Shown in pieces: positions 50,814 to 62,400 of a stretch of 64,000 bases of DNA. The notes beneath the pieces were generated by a model that was not told the DNA's origin, did no database searches, and saw only the letters and a program-made list of their open reading frames with translations. How positions within the stretch are numbered: position 1 is the stretch's first letter; each line of letters opens with the position of its first letter. The DNA comes from Corallochytrium limacisporum Hawaii (Eukaryota; Protista; Pluriformea), in contig PDIP01000031.1 of the NCBI GenBank assembly GCA_002811645.1, forward strand, positions 62,001-126,000. The letters run 5' to 3'. The position numbers and the translations under genes were made by a program.

Positions 50814-53800
50814 ATGCCTGAACAAGAAACAGAAGAAATGACAGGTCCTGGCCAACAATTCCCAGGGTCACGAGCTGTCCGGAACAGCCACTGGTGGTCA
50901 ATCAAATGGTTGTTGATACTCCTGTCATGGTTTCAGCTGGTCTGTGGACAGGAAGTGACCCAGGTGGGAAGTGGAAATTTAACATATGTAGATCTAGGAT
51001 TCCCGATCGAGGATGAGCTGGTCTCTACCATTGGAATTCGGTTCGCATTAGACGTTCCAGTAGAATTGGGAACTGTTGCCATTGAGGCAATTATGGCGTT
51101 TGCGGGTGAGGCTCCTTATATTAATTTAATACCCTTCGAGGATCCGTTGTTTACAGAGATACTGCCGCTTTCGAAATGGCAGTACCTGTACAGTGTGAAT
51201 CGTGGAGACATTTCTGTGGAAGCTCCAGCCGAAGGAGATCTGTATTTCTTGGTACTTCCTTCAAATGCGCCCATTACATTCGATCTGAACGGACAGCCAA
51301 TTTTGACCGCTAGCAACCTCCTAATATTTGGCAAGAACGCACCGAACGGCCAAACTGACTATAATGAGCTTGAGGACTTAATTAGTTACGTTAGTGGAAA
51401 CCCGGATCGCTATCCCATGCTGTGGAATTTCATGGAGGAATACCTTCAAGAAGGAGAGTATAGTGTGCTCAGTAACGTCATAACTTGTTCCAGGTTTGCC
51501 TTCAGAGTACCGAATGAAATTCAATGTCAAATCTGCCCCGATGACAGGGTCAATGTGGACGGCACCCCAACAGGGTGTGTGTGCAGCGTAAACACGTACA
51601 CAACACCAGCAAATACTTGTGAACCCTGCATTCAGGGTGAGCTATGTCTGAGTGCTAACTTAACTGCACCATTGATTGCACCCGGATACTGGGGTGAGGT
51701 CACGAATGAAAGCTACGGTGACCTTTTTGAGAATAGCACACAACAGCTGTTCCAGTGCCGCAATCAAAGATTTTGCCAAGGTGGCAACGCACTGGGCGAA
51801 TCGAACAATTGCATCGATGGTCACACTGGCTTCCTGTGCGAAGAATGTGAAACAGAATACCATCGAGTGCGTAACAGTTGTCAGAAGTGCTCACTTCAAA
51901 CCCTTAGAGTGGTCGGTGGGATTGTTGTTTGTTTACTGGCAGCATTTGCCTTGTATGCCTTGCCATGGCTCTATAATACCAGTCCCTCGTTCATTCTGCT
52001 GATGCAATTTCTTCAGTTCAATGCTCTGCTGTACCAGCTCCGCATCGATCTTTTCAATGACGCATCCCTAGATGCCATTGGTTCGGTAGTCCTCTTCAAT
52101 CCACAGTTGTCACTGATTGGCTGCCACTTTGGAGACGGTGTCGAAGTCTTTGTCCTGGCCCAGTTGGTGATCTTCGCCCTCATTATTATGATTCAGGTGA
52201 CCATTTTGCTGTGCGCAAATACAATGAATCGCCTGCTTGACTTTTGGGTTGCGAAAGTGCACAACCGGAAAGACCGTGCAGCGGAGGCAAGAGCTGCGTG
52301 CAGCCCAGGCGGGGACCCTGACTGCCTTGAAGCCATCCCCGATACGGAGGATGGCGGTAGTTCATCGTCACCTGTGGAACAGATACACCGGACAACAAAC
52401 GGCACTGAGGTTAAATTTGCAAGGGATACGAAGGATGACCGGTCGATGTCAACAAGTAGTACCTCCGACACATCTTCTAAGATAGAAAAGCCGAATAGTG
52501 TGAGAGAACGTCGAAGAGTTCCTCCCATTGCGAACATGCCGCGCAGGCGCCAGTCTAATAGTGACAGCAGCAACGGAATCCCTGCGGCCGGAACTGCCAG
52601 GCAAGCTGCGAGCCAAACTGGGGATCGCCCACCGGAACCTGAACGGCGACACTCTCCTGATATTATCTTGCTCAGCTACCAGACCATTTTTGTGACTCTG
52701 GAACTCATGTACTATCCATTAGTTGCGGCTGCCTATCTGAGTTTTGCTTGTCGGAGCGTAATCTCTGTTCCGGATGGCGTAGACGTTCGTTTCATCAACA
52801 CTGACGTGACTCAAGCGTGCGAAAACGCATCTAGTGGCGCCATGCTGGCTGTGTCTCTGCTGACCCTGCTATTGTATGGTGGTGGGTGGCCCCTGCTCGA
52901 GTACGTTTGCTACGTCTGGGCCAAGCACGCTGGCGAGAAGACATTGAAGGAGGCCTTTAAGTCCTGGTGGAGGAGGGTCTTGCCGAAGAGGCAAAAGAAG
53001 GACAGCGATGATAGGGATGATGCTGATGGTAATCATGATGGCGATCAGGGACATGATCAGAGCGTCGAATCGGACTTGCCGTTGCCAATGCCCGAGTTGA
53101 CCGACAGTATTCGAGTAACCCAGCCCCCGCAGTCTGCGAGCGCTGGCATCCGTCTCGATGGGCCTGCTATGAACGGACCCGTTGCTGGCAGGCGTGAGCT
53201 GATCAACCGTACGGCGCCATGGACACGTGAGGGCGGTAGCACTGGAGAGCATGTTCTACACCGTAGCGGTTCCCGTAGTTCTGGCACTCCCAATGGAAGC
53301 GTATCTGGCGCCCTGGCGGCAACAGGCAGTTCTGTGATGCCAAGTACTACACTGCCCGTTGAAACTTCCGTGACAGCACCCAATACTGGCGTGCGCCGCG
53401 ACTGGGATAATCCGCCAGACGGTTGGAGCACGGCGGTGTTGAAGCCGGCCATGAGCCGCTTCCGTGAGGGACAGGAGTACAAATTGTTCTTTTTCTACCT
53501 GCGCGCCTGTGCGGTGAGCACATGCCTGGCCCTAATCCGCGAAGAAGGTTATTCCGCTATTATCACAGCTGGTGCACTGTTGCTGATTTCCGCCGTAGAA
53601 CTTGTGGACAAGCCCTACCGGAGCCAATTGCACCACATTCTTGCTCTCATCATGACCTACAGCAGTTCCTTCATTCTCATTATTGGCATTGCCATCCTAT
53701 CCCGCGACAATGCGGCGCCAAAGTTTGGGGATGTGAACTATGGCATTCTGCTGGCTGTCGTGGCCACCCTTCTGCTTGGTGTGATAGCGGATTTCGTCTA

Positions 53801-54203
53801 CTGGTTCAATCCAAAGTGGGACTTCTACGGCCTCATGCAGCCACCACCGGTCCGCAGAGCCCGTGTACCCGGGGAATACCCGGCCGAAGCGGACCGCGCC
53901 AGCGTCGAGGGTCTGCCCGTGCCGTATTCTGTTGGGGCCGACTTGTCCTTACACAACCCTCCGCAGTCTGCGCTAACTGTCCATAGCGCAAACTCTCCAC
54001 CACCTATTGCGAATCTCGATCGTCATCAAGCGGTGCGGACTGAAGTGGACTGTCAGACCCTGCAGCGACTGAAGCGCAAAGGGATTGACCTCTGGGAGCC
54101 GGTGGACGTTGATCATGTCTACCCGTACTTTTCAGTCATGGATACAACAAGCAGCAGTCTGAGCCAGAGCTCCTCCGGCAGTTCTGGGCACGGTAGATGC
54201 TGA
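50814..54203 (+). CDS. Multi-pass membrane protein with signal peptide, Cys-rich ectodomain and ~8-9 TM region
   Basis: Signal-like WLLILLSWFQLVCG. Cys repeats (CQICP, CEPCIQG, PGYWG, CIDGHTGFLCEEC). TM helices with MQFLQ, FACR and KPY motifs, separated by two long disordered loops. Confidence 0.8.
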   Translation: MPEQETEEMTGPGQQFPGSRAVRNSHWWSIKWLLILLSWFQLVCGQEVTQVGSGNLTYVDLGFPIEDELVSTIGIRFALDVPVELGTVAIEAIMAFAGEAPYINLIPFEDPLFTEILPLSKWQYLYSVNRGDISVEAPAEGDLYFLVLPSNAPITFDLNGQPILTASNLLIFGKNAPNGQTDYNELEDLISYVSGNPDRYPMLWNFMEEYLQEGEYSVLSNVITCSRFAFRVPNEIQCQICPDDRVNVDGTPTGCVCSVNTYTTPANTCEPCIQGELCLSANLTAPLIAPGYWGEVTNESYGDLFENSTQQLFQCRNQRFCQGGNALGESNNCIDGHTGFLCEECETEYHRVRNSCQKCSLQTLRVVGGIVVCLLAAFALYALPWLYNTSPSFILLMQFLQFNALLYQLRIDLFNDASLDAIGSVVLFNPQLSLIGCHFGDGVEVFVLAQLVIFALIIMIQVTILLCANTMNRLLDFWVAKVHNRKDRAAEARAACSPGGDPDCLEAIPDTEDGGSSSSPVEQIHRTTNGTEVKFARDTKDDRSMSTSSTSDTSSKIEKPNSVRERRRVPPIANMPRRRQSNSDSSNGIPAAGTARQAASQTGDRPPEPERRHSPDIILLSYQTIFVTLELMYYPLVAAAYLSFACRSVISVPDGVDVRFINTDVTQACENASSGAMLAVSLLTLLLYGGGWPLLEYVCYVWAKHAGEKTLKEAFKSWWRRVLPKRQKKDSDDRDDADGNHDGDQGHDQSVESDLPLPMPELTDSIRVTQPPQSASAGIRLDGPAMNGPVAGRRELINRTAPWTREGGSTGEHVLHRSGSRSSGTPNGSVSGALAATGSSVMPSTTLPVETSVTAPNTGVRRDWDNPPDGWSTAVLKPAMSRFREGQEYKLFFFYLRACAVSTCLALIREEGYSAIITAGALLLISAVELVDKPYRSQLHHILALIMTYSSSFILIIGIAILSRDNAAPKFGDVNYGILLAVVATLLLGVIADFVYWFNPKWDFYGLMQPPPVRRARVPGEYPAEADRASVEGLPVPYSVGADLSLHNPPQSALTVHSANSPPPIANLDRHQAVRTEVDCQTLQRLKRKGIDLWEPVDVDHVYPYFSVMDTTSSSLSQSSSGSSGHGRC

Positions 54204-54403
54204 GCTAGGATGTCATTGATCTCGAAAGAGATTTAAGACTGAGTTCAATGTCACACTAAATTTCTTCGAAATGTGCTTTATAGATTGTTATTGGATTTGA
54301 TTTTCTGCTATTTGTGGGCCTACTATGATGTAACGGAAAGGCAGCTAATGTCTTTGTTGAAGGTGAGCCAAACCCTAATCTTTTGAAGCAATTGAAGCCG
54401 AGA

Positions 54404-55582
54404 TCAAATCTTCTGGTAGTCCAATTTGGTCTCCAGCTTCTTCAGCTCAGCCAGCTTGCGAACAGCCTTCATGAAATCCTCATCAATGACGTAGTCACGC
54501 TCTGCGCGAATGGCAAACATGCCGGCCTCGGTGCACACGTTGCGCAAGTCAGCACCGTTGAAGCCATCGCTTAGCTTCACCACACTCTCGAAGTCAATAT
54601 CTCCCTTCTTGTTCATCTTGCTGCTGTGGATCTTCAGAATGTCTAGTCGGGCCTGGGCGTTGGGGAGGGGAATCTCAATCTTTCGGTCAAGACGACCCGG
54701 GCGCAGCAGGGCAGGGTCGAGAGTGTCAGGACGATTGGTAGCCATGATTAGCTTCACCTTGCCTAGTGCGTCAAAACCGTCCATTTGGTTAAGCAATTCC
54801 ATAAGAGTGCGCTGGATCTCACGATCAGCACTTGTACCTTCGCTGAATCGGCGGCCACCGATGGCATCAATTTCATCCATGAAGATAATGCAGGGTTCGT
54901 GCCCCTTAGCGTAGCCGAACATTTCACGAATAAGACGCGCGGATTCACCAATGTACTTGTCGACAATGGCACTGGACACCACCTTTAGGAAGTTTGCTTC
55001 GATATTGGAGGCAACTGCACGGGCCAGCAAGGTCTTTCCTGTACCCGGGGGACCGTAGAGTAGAACACCCTGCGGAGCCTTGATCCCGACACGTACGAAC
55101 AGTTCCGGATTCAGAAGGGGCAACTCGATCACCTCACGCAGCTCACGGACCTGATCACCCAATCCGCCCACTTCGTTGAATTGAATGCCGCCAGGATCTT
55201 CGTGGCTCATATTATACACTAGAGGATCTACCTCCCGAGGCAAGCTACGCATGATTGTGAGGGTGGTCATATCCAAGGCGACGCGGGTGCCGTTCTTCAG
55301 TTTGGACTTGTCTAGCTGACGGCGGCACCCCACGACGTAGCGGGGACCACTGCTTGCCTTGACAATAAAGCGCTCCTCGTCTAGCTGACGGAGAACTTCA
55401 CCAATGATCTGTCCCACGCTTTGTAATGCCTTGAGATCATCCTCTGTCTTATCGTAGTCCTTCTGCAGGCCGCGCAATTCCATCCGCTTGGCCTTTACTT
55501 TCGCCTCCCATTCACGATGCTCCAGCACGCGCTTCTGGTAATCCCGGAGGACTTTTTGCCGACGCTCATTTTCGTCAGCCAT
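54404..55582 (-). CDS. PSMC6: 26S proteasome regulatory ATPase RPT4 (subunit 10B)
   Basis: [80 protein letters not shown]. Confidence 0.98.
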   Translation of the reverse strand: MADENERRQKVLRDYQKRVLEHREWEAKVKAKRMELRGLQKDYDKTEDDLKALQSVGQIIGEVLRQLDEERFIVKASSGPRYVVGCRRQLDKSKLKNGTRVALDMTTLTIMRSLPREVDPLVYNMSHEDPGGIQFNEVGGLGDQVRELREVIELPLLNPELFVRVGIKAPQGVLLYGPPGTGKTLLARAVASNIEANFLKVVSSAIVDKYIGESARLIREMFGYAKGHEPCIIFMDEIDAIGGRRFSEGTSADREIQRTLMELLNQMDGFDALGKVKLIMATNRPDTLDPALLRPGRLDRKIEIPLPNAQARLDILKIHSSKMNKKGDIDFESVVKLSDGFNGADLRNVCTEAGMFAIRAERDYVIDEDFMKAVRKLAELKKLETKLDYQKI

Positions 55583-56571
55583 CGTGGTATTGTGTTTTGG
55601 ATTCGGTCCGTGGAGTGCAGTCCAACACCTACTGCTGAGAGTTACGTACGGGGATTCCTGTTTCTTTCTTTAACCTTGCGGCACAAAACAAAGCCTTATT
55701 CCAGTCACAGGAGCATATGTATTGCACACAAAGCTACTGTAATTCTTATATTTAAATCTAGTAGTCGTCAGACCTGCCCTTTAGTAGCCCATAGCGTTCC
55801 AGGTGTTTTACTGTAGTTACCACAAAGCCTCCTTTCACGCCTTTATCCCCCCACTGATTCCGGTTTGTATTGACTCTGGTTTGAGCGCCACCCACGGACA
55901 ATGGGGGGGGGGGAGGAGCAGAGCGCAAAGCGTCCTCGGGCGAGTTGACTTCCAGACGTCTCCCGCCTTTTGCTCTCTCTAACCCCCCCCCCCCTTCCCT
56001 TCTGGTGCGCTTCCTAAGTTGCGCCCTACCAATCTCTCTATCGCCTGGGCCGGCACAGAGCCTGCTCCTTGCGTACCAGAAAAGAAACGAGGAAAAACCC
56101 GGAGTCAAAACATCGCGAAGGAACACTTTTTCAGCCAAAAAGGCATAGCATCTCAGAGTCGGTCCATTCACCTCCCGGACCCAGACCACCCAATTTCAGC
56201 TCATCCGGACGTGGGGGAAATTCATGTTTCAGTTCAGTAGCTCAGGTGCTCCAAGACACCCGGTCCCGTGCGGATACTATAACTGAAAACCTAATTTCAT
56301 AATTTAGTTTCACTTTCGCAGAGTTAGTTGGCGCAAGGCGAACTGGGGAAAGGACGGCGGGCGAATGCGGGGCAGATTGCAGGGGCGGGTGTGATCCGAA
56401 CGCGTTTCAACTTGAGTTCGGAGTGAAGCCGTCAGCGGGGTAGCATCAATCTAGTCCATCACACCAGATGAACGAATCTGTTAAAGCCAGCAAAGAGGTC
56501 AAGTTCAGAATAAACGCGATCTTATATGTACGGAATATGTGTATTGCTACTCTGACGTTTTGAATGAGCAC

Positions 56572-57441
56572 TTAATAATAATCTTGTTCATCGAGCGCTG
56601 GACGCTCGGGACGTTCCTCCTTCTCCATCTGCTGTCCTGCAACATAGGCATTGACGAGCTTGGGGCCGGCCCAGAATGGTAGCATGCACATGGCCATCGC
56701 AACGTACGCGCACTTTTCAACAGTCTGTGCGCCCATGCAAAGGCTCTTTGAAACGTAGCTCGGAAGACGGAAACGCAACTGGCCATCTTGTTGCTCTAGT
56801 AGTTGAGGTGCACCCAGCAAACGGCCAGTTCTCACAATTACCATGTAAACCATCCATAAAGGAACGTACATTGTAGCGAAAAAGCTCCAGATCGTGCATG
56901 TACAGGCCACCTCCACAGTGACCAGTGCCGTGTTCCATTTGGAGGGCTTGGGTGGTGCCGTTACCTCAGGCCGTAGAGGATAATAATTGAAGTTAATGTG
57001 ATTCATGGTCTTGCTAGCCATAGAATATTTTTTGTAGATGTGCTTCGCCCGTTCAACGGGCATGTTCAACCGTGAGGACCGGTTCGCTGCTGCAAACCCT
57101 GCTTGCACGTACGGTCGAAACTCTTTTCCGTAGATCAGCTCCACCCAGTCTGGGGCGTACTTTTCAAACGTGTACGAAGTCGAACCGTAGAAGCGGCGCC
57201 ATTCCATTGGAAAATCTCTCTGTAACAAACTGAAAAAAACCGTGCCACTGTTTAAATACTTCGCCAACAGCGATTTTGAACATTTGCCTAATTCGCAGAC
57301 ATCAATCGCGTCCAGATGCTTTGCAATCTCCGGTGCAATTTCTGGCGGAAGATTTTCTAGGAGAGAGCGTTCTGTTCTCTTACTGCATTGGCTTATGGAG
57401 CCTTCGGACACCCATTGGTGCCGTAGTGCTATCGTCATCAT
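56572..57441 (-). CDS. F-box-like protein with C-terminal hydrophobic/TM segments
   Basis: LLENLPPEIAPEIAKHLDAIDVCELGKCSKSL is F-box-like; hydrophobic IWSFFATMYVPLWMVYMVIV and YVAMAMCMLPFW. First ATG is at 57441. Confidence 0.7.
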   Translation of the reverse strand: MMTIALRHQWVSEGSISQCSKRTERSLLENLPPEIAPEIAKHLDAIDVCELGKCSKSLLAKYLNSGTVFFSLLQRDFPMEWRRFYGSTSYTFEKYAPDWVELIYGKEFRPYVQAGFAAANRSSRLNMPVERAKHIYKKYSMASKTMNHINFNYYPLRPEVTAPPKPSKWNTALVTVEVACTCTIWSFFATMYVPLWMVYMVIVRTGRLLGAPQLLEQQDGQLRFRLPSYVSKSLCMGAQTVEKCAYVAMAMCMLPFWAGPKLVNAYVAGQQMEKEERPERPALDEQDYY

Positions 57442-59445
57442 CTCTACCGCGGCACACAAATTTCTAAACACGAAAATCCAGCGTTTCCTGGTCGATGAAG
57501 CCTGCTTCCGTTCCTTAAGTACGACTCACAGTCGTGTGTTCTGAAATCCTGTCCTTCACAAGCTGGAACCCGAATAATACTTCAAACTCGCCTTCCGATA
57601 CACTGTAAATTGTCCTACCCACACTGAGACGACGCAGAACATCACATTCCACGACAAAGATGTACGCAAAGCCTGGTAGGGACAGGGCACTGGGAGGAAT
57701 GGCTGTTTGTGTCCCTTACCATAGTAGGAGGGGGATCGGTTCTTGCAATGGTCCCGATGGGCCTTCGTTTTATCCACCCTCACATCTATGGCACAGTTCT
57801 AATCTCGATGATAACCCGTTCATTGCTAGGTGCGCTTTACCCCACAGAAAGGAGATCTCGGGCGCCCAATTTACGCAACTGATCTGGGCTTTCGCTTCTC
57901 AGATAGGCGAAGCTGGTATGGTGGCGTTGGAATTTGGAACGTTCGACCCGCAAGCAAAACCCACAGTCCCTCACTTTTCCGGCGGGCAGTCCTCCAGCGG
58001 TGAATCTGACTAATACAGGCCATAATATAGTTAATGTACCAAAATTCTGAGCCGGTCGACTGTACTTGCGCAATAATTGATGACCCCTCTCTGACCGTCT
58101 CCGACCCCTCCTCTGTTTTCCCTACCGTGCCCTTGTTAATTGTTCCTTGTTTCATTATCGGGACAGTCGACGAGGTGATGCCATCGCTTTGCTCGATTCC
58201 GTTTTCCTCTTCAGCGATCCGCCCCGCCGCCGAATCCCTCTGTTCCCCTCGCGGGCCCTTTCCTTTTCTGTACTGTCAAATAAATAGGCCCCCAATTATG
58301 GTGGCTGTTGTTTCCCCAGGGGGCCCGTCCTTTGGCTTAATAAAGGCCACTCCAGGAGGCGTAACAAACTTGCTGCGCCTTATCAACAGTTATCCAACCA
58401 TGTGCAGTACTCAATCAATGCACAACGTACTTCCTAGCAGAAGGGGGGGGGGGGGGCACTGCAACCCCTTGTGCATATTTTGTTTCCCTCGAGCGCGCAT
58501 TTCTCAAACCTCGCCGCAGCCCCTTTCCCTTTTTTTTCTTCCCTTAATTTTCCTCCTTGGGTTGCGAAATACGGCCGGCCTGCACCGCATGTGCGAGGAG
58601 TAGCATCCGCGACAGCCACCGATGACCGCCATACCCCTCCCTCTCTCACTTCCGGGACCCTCCCACCCTGTCCTCCTCCTTTTGTCCTTGGCTGCAATTT
58701 TGTTTGTGCCAGTTCGGTCGCGGCCTAAGTTTATCGTTACACCTGTAGCCCCAGGCCCCTGTCCCAGGTGCACCGTTCCCGCACTCGACTCGTCAGACTG
58801 GTGGTTTTGGCCTTACGAGTTTCCAAACCCGGGTTCGCGAAGCCGGGCCCTCCCCCTTCACCCACAATAGTGAAGGTACTGAGCCCTTTTTTTAACCATG
58901 GCGGGCTCCCCGCTGCAGAATAAGGCAAGGGGGGAGCGGGTACCCCTATCGGTGCAGCGTACTGCGGTATACACACACACCGACCTGTCATACTCGTCCA
59001 CACAGTCACTGCTTGGGAGAGGTGTGCCTCTGGGCTACCCGGGGGACCCGGTTACGCAGTGGCTGCGGGGCGGCCAAATGATACGGGAAGGCTCGTGGTC
59101 TTGCATCAACCGCTGAGTTGACGTTGAGTAGTGGGGTTCTGTTGTCTTGATTTGGTAGCGGTGGCAGACGGAGACTGGTGATAGAAGTGTGCAATGACGC
59201 GACGGGTGGGATGAGAGTGTGTCCGGATTAAAACACACTACTGGTAGGAATTGATGACGTATTTGATGGACACCTTGTTAGAGCAAATTGAACATGGTGT
59301 CTTACGAGTATAACACAATTAAATCTTGAATGTGTCAGGGTTGGTTGCGATACTATGCAACCTTGCTTAGTAATACAATCACAATGACTGGATTATATGG
59401 ATAAATGCAACACGTAACAGAGCGAGACTCACCAGAACATACACA

Positions 59446-62400
59446 ATGGATCACTATTCGATAGTTCACCGACTTCCGGACCCGGAAGAAGGCGAAGTGG
59501 CGATCCAAAAGGCACAGGCTCTCCTCGAAGAAATTTTGCCCGATGTCTCTGTTGTTCCCGAAGATGTAGAGCTTTTGCAGGCTTGCACATGGGTAATGTA
59601 CGGAGGGGACCCAGACCACGTTCTTGCAAAGATTGCTACTGCAGGAAATTCCAGCGACTCCGGTGTTTGCGGCCATGTCTTCAAGAATGGTGAACCGGGA
59701 TACATGTGCAAGACATGCGGATACGACGACACGTGCATCGTCTGTGTGCGTTGCTTCCGCAAGAGCAACCACGAAGGACACAACACATTCATGGTTCAGA
59801 CAGTTGGTGGTGGCTGCTGCGACTGCGGTGATCCCGAAGCATGGGCTGAAGAAGGCTGTTGCTCGGACCACTTGGGACCGCATCAGAAACTTAAGGATAA
59901 GGAAGCAAGGGTGTCGGAAAGCATTGAAATCCAGTCGGGAAGCTCATTCCTGGGGTCGGGTGCCCCAACAAATGCTGATCTGGATGCCTTGAAGGCCAAG
60001 AAATCCATCCTACAGCAAGCCAAGGAAGCCGGAATTAGTGAGAATCTGTACAACTACATGACGTCCACACTATCACGACTAATGCACTATGTCACCACAG
60101 TGCTATGTAATTGCGAACAATTGATCCCCAAGAACCAGGAACAGGAATGGGGAGTGGTCATGATTAACGATGAAGCACACACTTTTGACGATGTAATTAC
60201 CGCCTTGACCAGCCTGTTGGAAGTATCCGCAGACAAGGCAGGGCAATTGGCTCAGGAAATCGATAGCGTGGGCAAAACAATGGTATTCTCATCTACCAAT
60301 CGTGCTGACTGTGTAGAAGTGCGACAGCGCCTTTACACGTTCAGGAGCCAATCGGATGGAGACATCATGGAAGACAAACCACTGACGCTCCTTATCCAGT
60401 GTGGTGCAACTCTGGTGCACGAGAAGAGAGCACTACTAATTCTTGAATTTTTGAATACTATCGGTCAGGAATCGCAAATCATGCGTCGCATGATTTGTGA
60501 GCAGTTTTGCGCTCCGGTTGATCCAGATGACGAGACAAAGTATTTTGAGTACCGACCAGAAACCATGAAGAGGGTAATGGGTACTGGGAATGTGCTCCTC
60601 CGGATTGATCGCTTGCTTCTGAGGGACGGAAAACTCTGGAAAGAGGCCAGAAAGGTTCTGCGCAAGAATTACATCCAGATTTTGATCGTGGATCCAATTT
60701 ATAAGCGTATCCTGGGTTTGCGATATGCGTACCACTATAAGACCTTGATGGATTTGTTCCTGGAGTCACGGGCTAACCTCGACGACACTGTCCTGGCGCT
60801 TAGCGTGCAGATTTTTAGCTCGCCGTCATTAGCACTCGAGCTAATCGAAAGCCTGAATTTCACAGATCAGGCATTTGATGTTGTCTTCGGCGTACTCGCT
60901 CCGACACTGCATACCAACGCATCCGGTATCGCCGGTGGCATTGACCTAGAGCACACTATCATTGAGAAGAATCGGTATCCTCCCGTGTTCCACAATCTGC
61001 GGTACATCCTGAGTCACAAGAATGTACAGCAGCGGATCAGTACACAATCCCTGGAGAAGGCACAAGTTTTGCCTATGCGGACTCTGCAACTCCTGGAAGT
61101 ATTTCAGGGCATGGACCAAAATGAGCGGGCAACTACGGTGCATGTGATGTATGAATCAGAGCTGTGGATCAGTGCTTTTGCCATTACTCTGGAACTGAAG
61201 TCTTTGATGCCCTTCATTGTGGACAGCATCTTGGGAGGCAGCCCTGAATTCAGTCAGGTGTCCCTGAAGATGACCAAGGAAAGGATTCTAAGCTGGCTAG
61301 CAAAGGACAACATTGCTATCACGGAGATCACCAATGACTATGGAACGTTCCAAGTCGTGCACGGCACGGGACCGGAACATAAAGTCAGTGTCCACATTCC
61401 ACTACATCGTTTCATGTGCGAACTGTTGGTGAATGATAGGTACCAAGGTGATTTAGCCAGTGTCTTTGAGCAAGAGAAGAATGTGAAGGACCTGGGACCT
61501 GTGAATATGGTGCAGCTTATGGAGCATCCGATACGGATCATGGCCCTGCTGGCGCAGGTGAGGTCAAACATGTGGGTCCGCAACGGCTTCAGCATTAAGA
61601 ATCAGGTCTACAATTACAGTGGATCATACTTCCGGGAAAGCATGTACGATCTAGACATTGCATATCTGCAGACTATGCTCGCTACCATGAATGGCAACGA
61701 GTTCTTGGTCAGCGCACTTCACACATACGAGCTTCATGAGTATTTTGGTTTGAGCAGTCATGATGTACGCTCCCTACTCCCGTTCGGACCTGACTTTGGC
61801 CACAAGTTACTTATGTGTGAAGACTTCATGCACTTGCTGATTGTCTTGCTAACAGAGCGCGCACATGTTGGAAACATGACGACGGAGGACATTATTCGGC
61901 GTGAAATCGTGCAGCGTCTGTTCTTGGGTCCACTTTCCTACAGTGAATTGACCAAATCGATAGCCAGCAATCTGACTGAACTCGAAGAATTTGATACGCA
62001 GTTGAGAGGTCTCGCCAAGTTGACGATGCCGGAGGATACCATGGACCACGGCGTTTACGAACTCAAGGAAAAGCATCACAAGAGTTTCAACATGTACTTT
62101 TACCACTACTCTCGGGCTGACCATGAGAAAGCCATGCAGAAAGTAACCGCTATTCACGCGGAACCTACGGGCCAGAATCTGCAAGAAAACCCTCCGATAC
62201 CTGAACTGCACGACCTAAAGCCAATCTTCAAGCCACTCCTGAATCTGCTAAACTCGCGGGTGCTGCACGAAATGATTTACAGTATTCTACAGTTCTGCTG
62301 TGTTCACGCGGGAGACCATCCGGACGCCACGGACTCCACAATCGACAATGTGCTCTCGGAAGCACTGTACCTTCTAGTCGTAGCAATTGATCAGGGAATC

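Noticed and set aside
56373-56480. Nested short stems (CAGATT/AATCTG, GGTGTGAT/ATCACACC, CCGAAC/GTTCGG) suggesting a structured RNA
   Set aside because: Only 6-8 bp helices and no recognisable Rfam motif; cannot be told from chance without covariation data.
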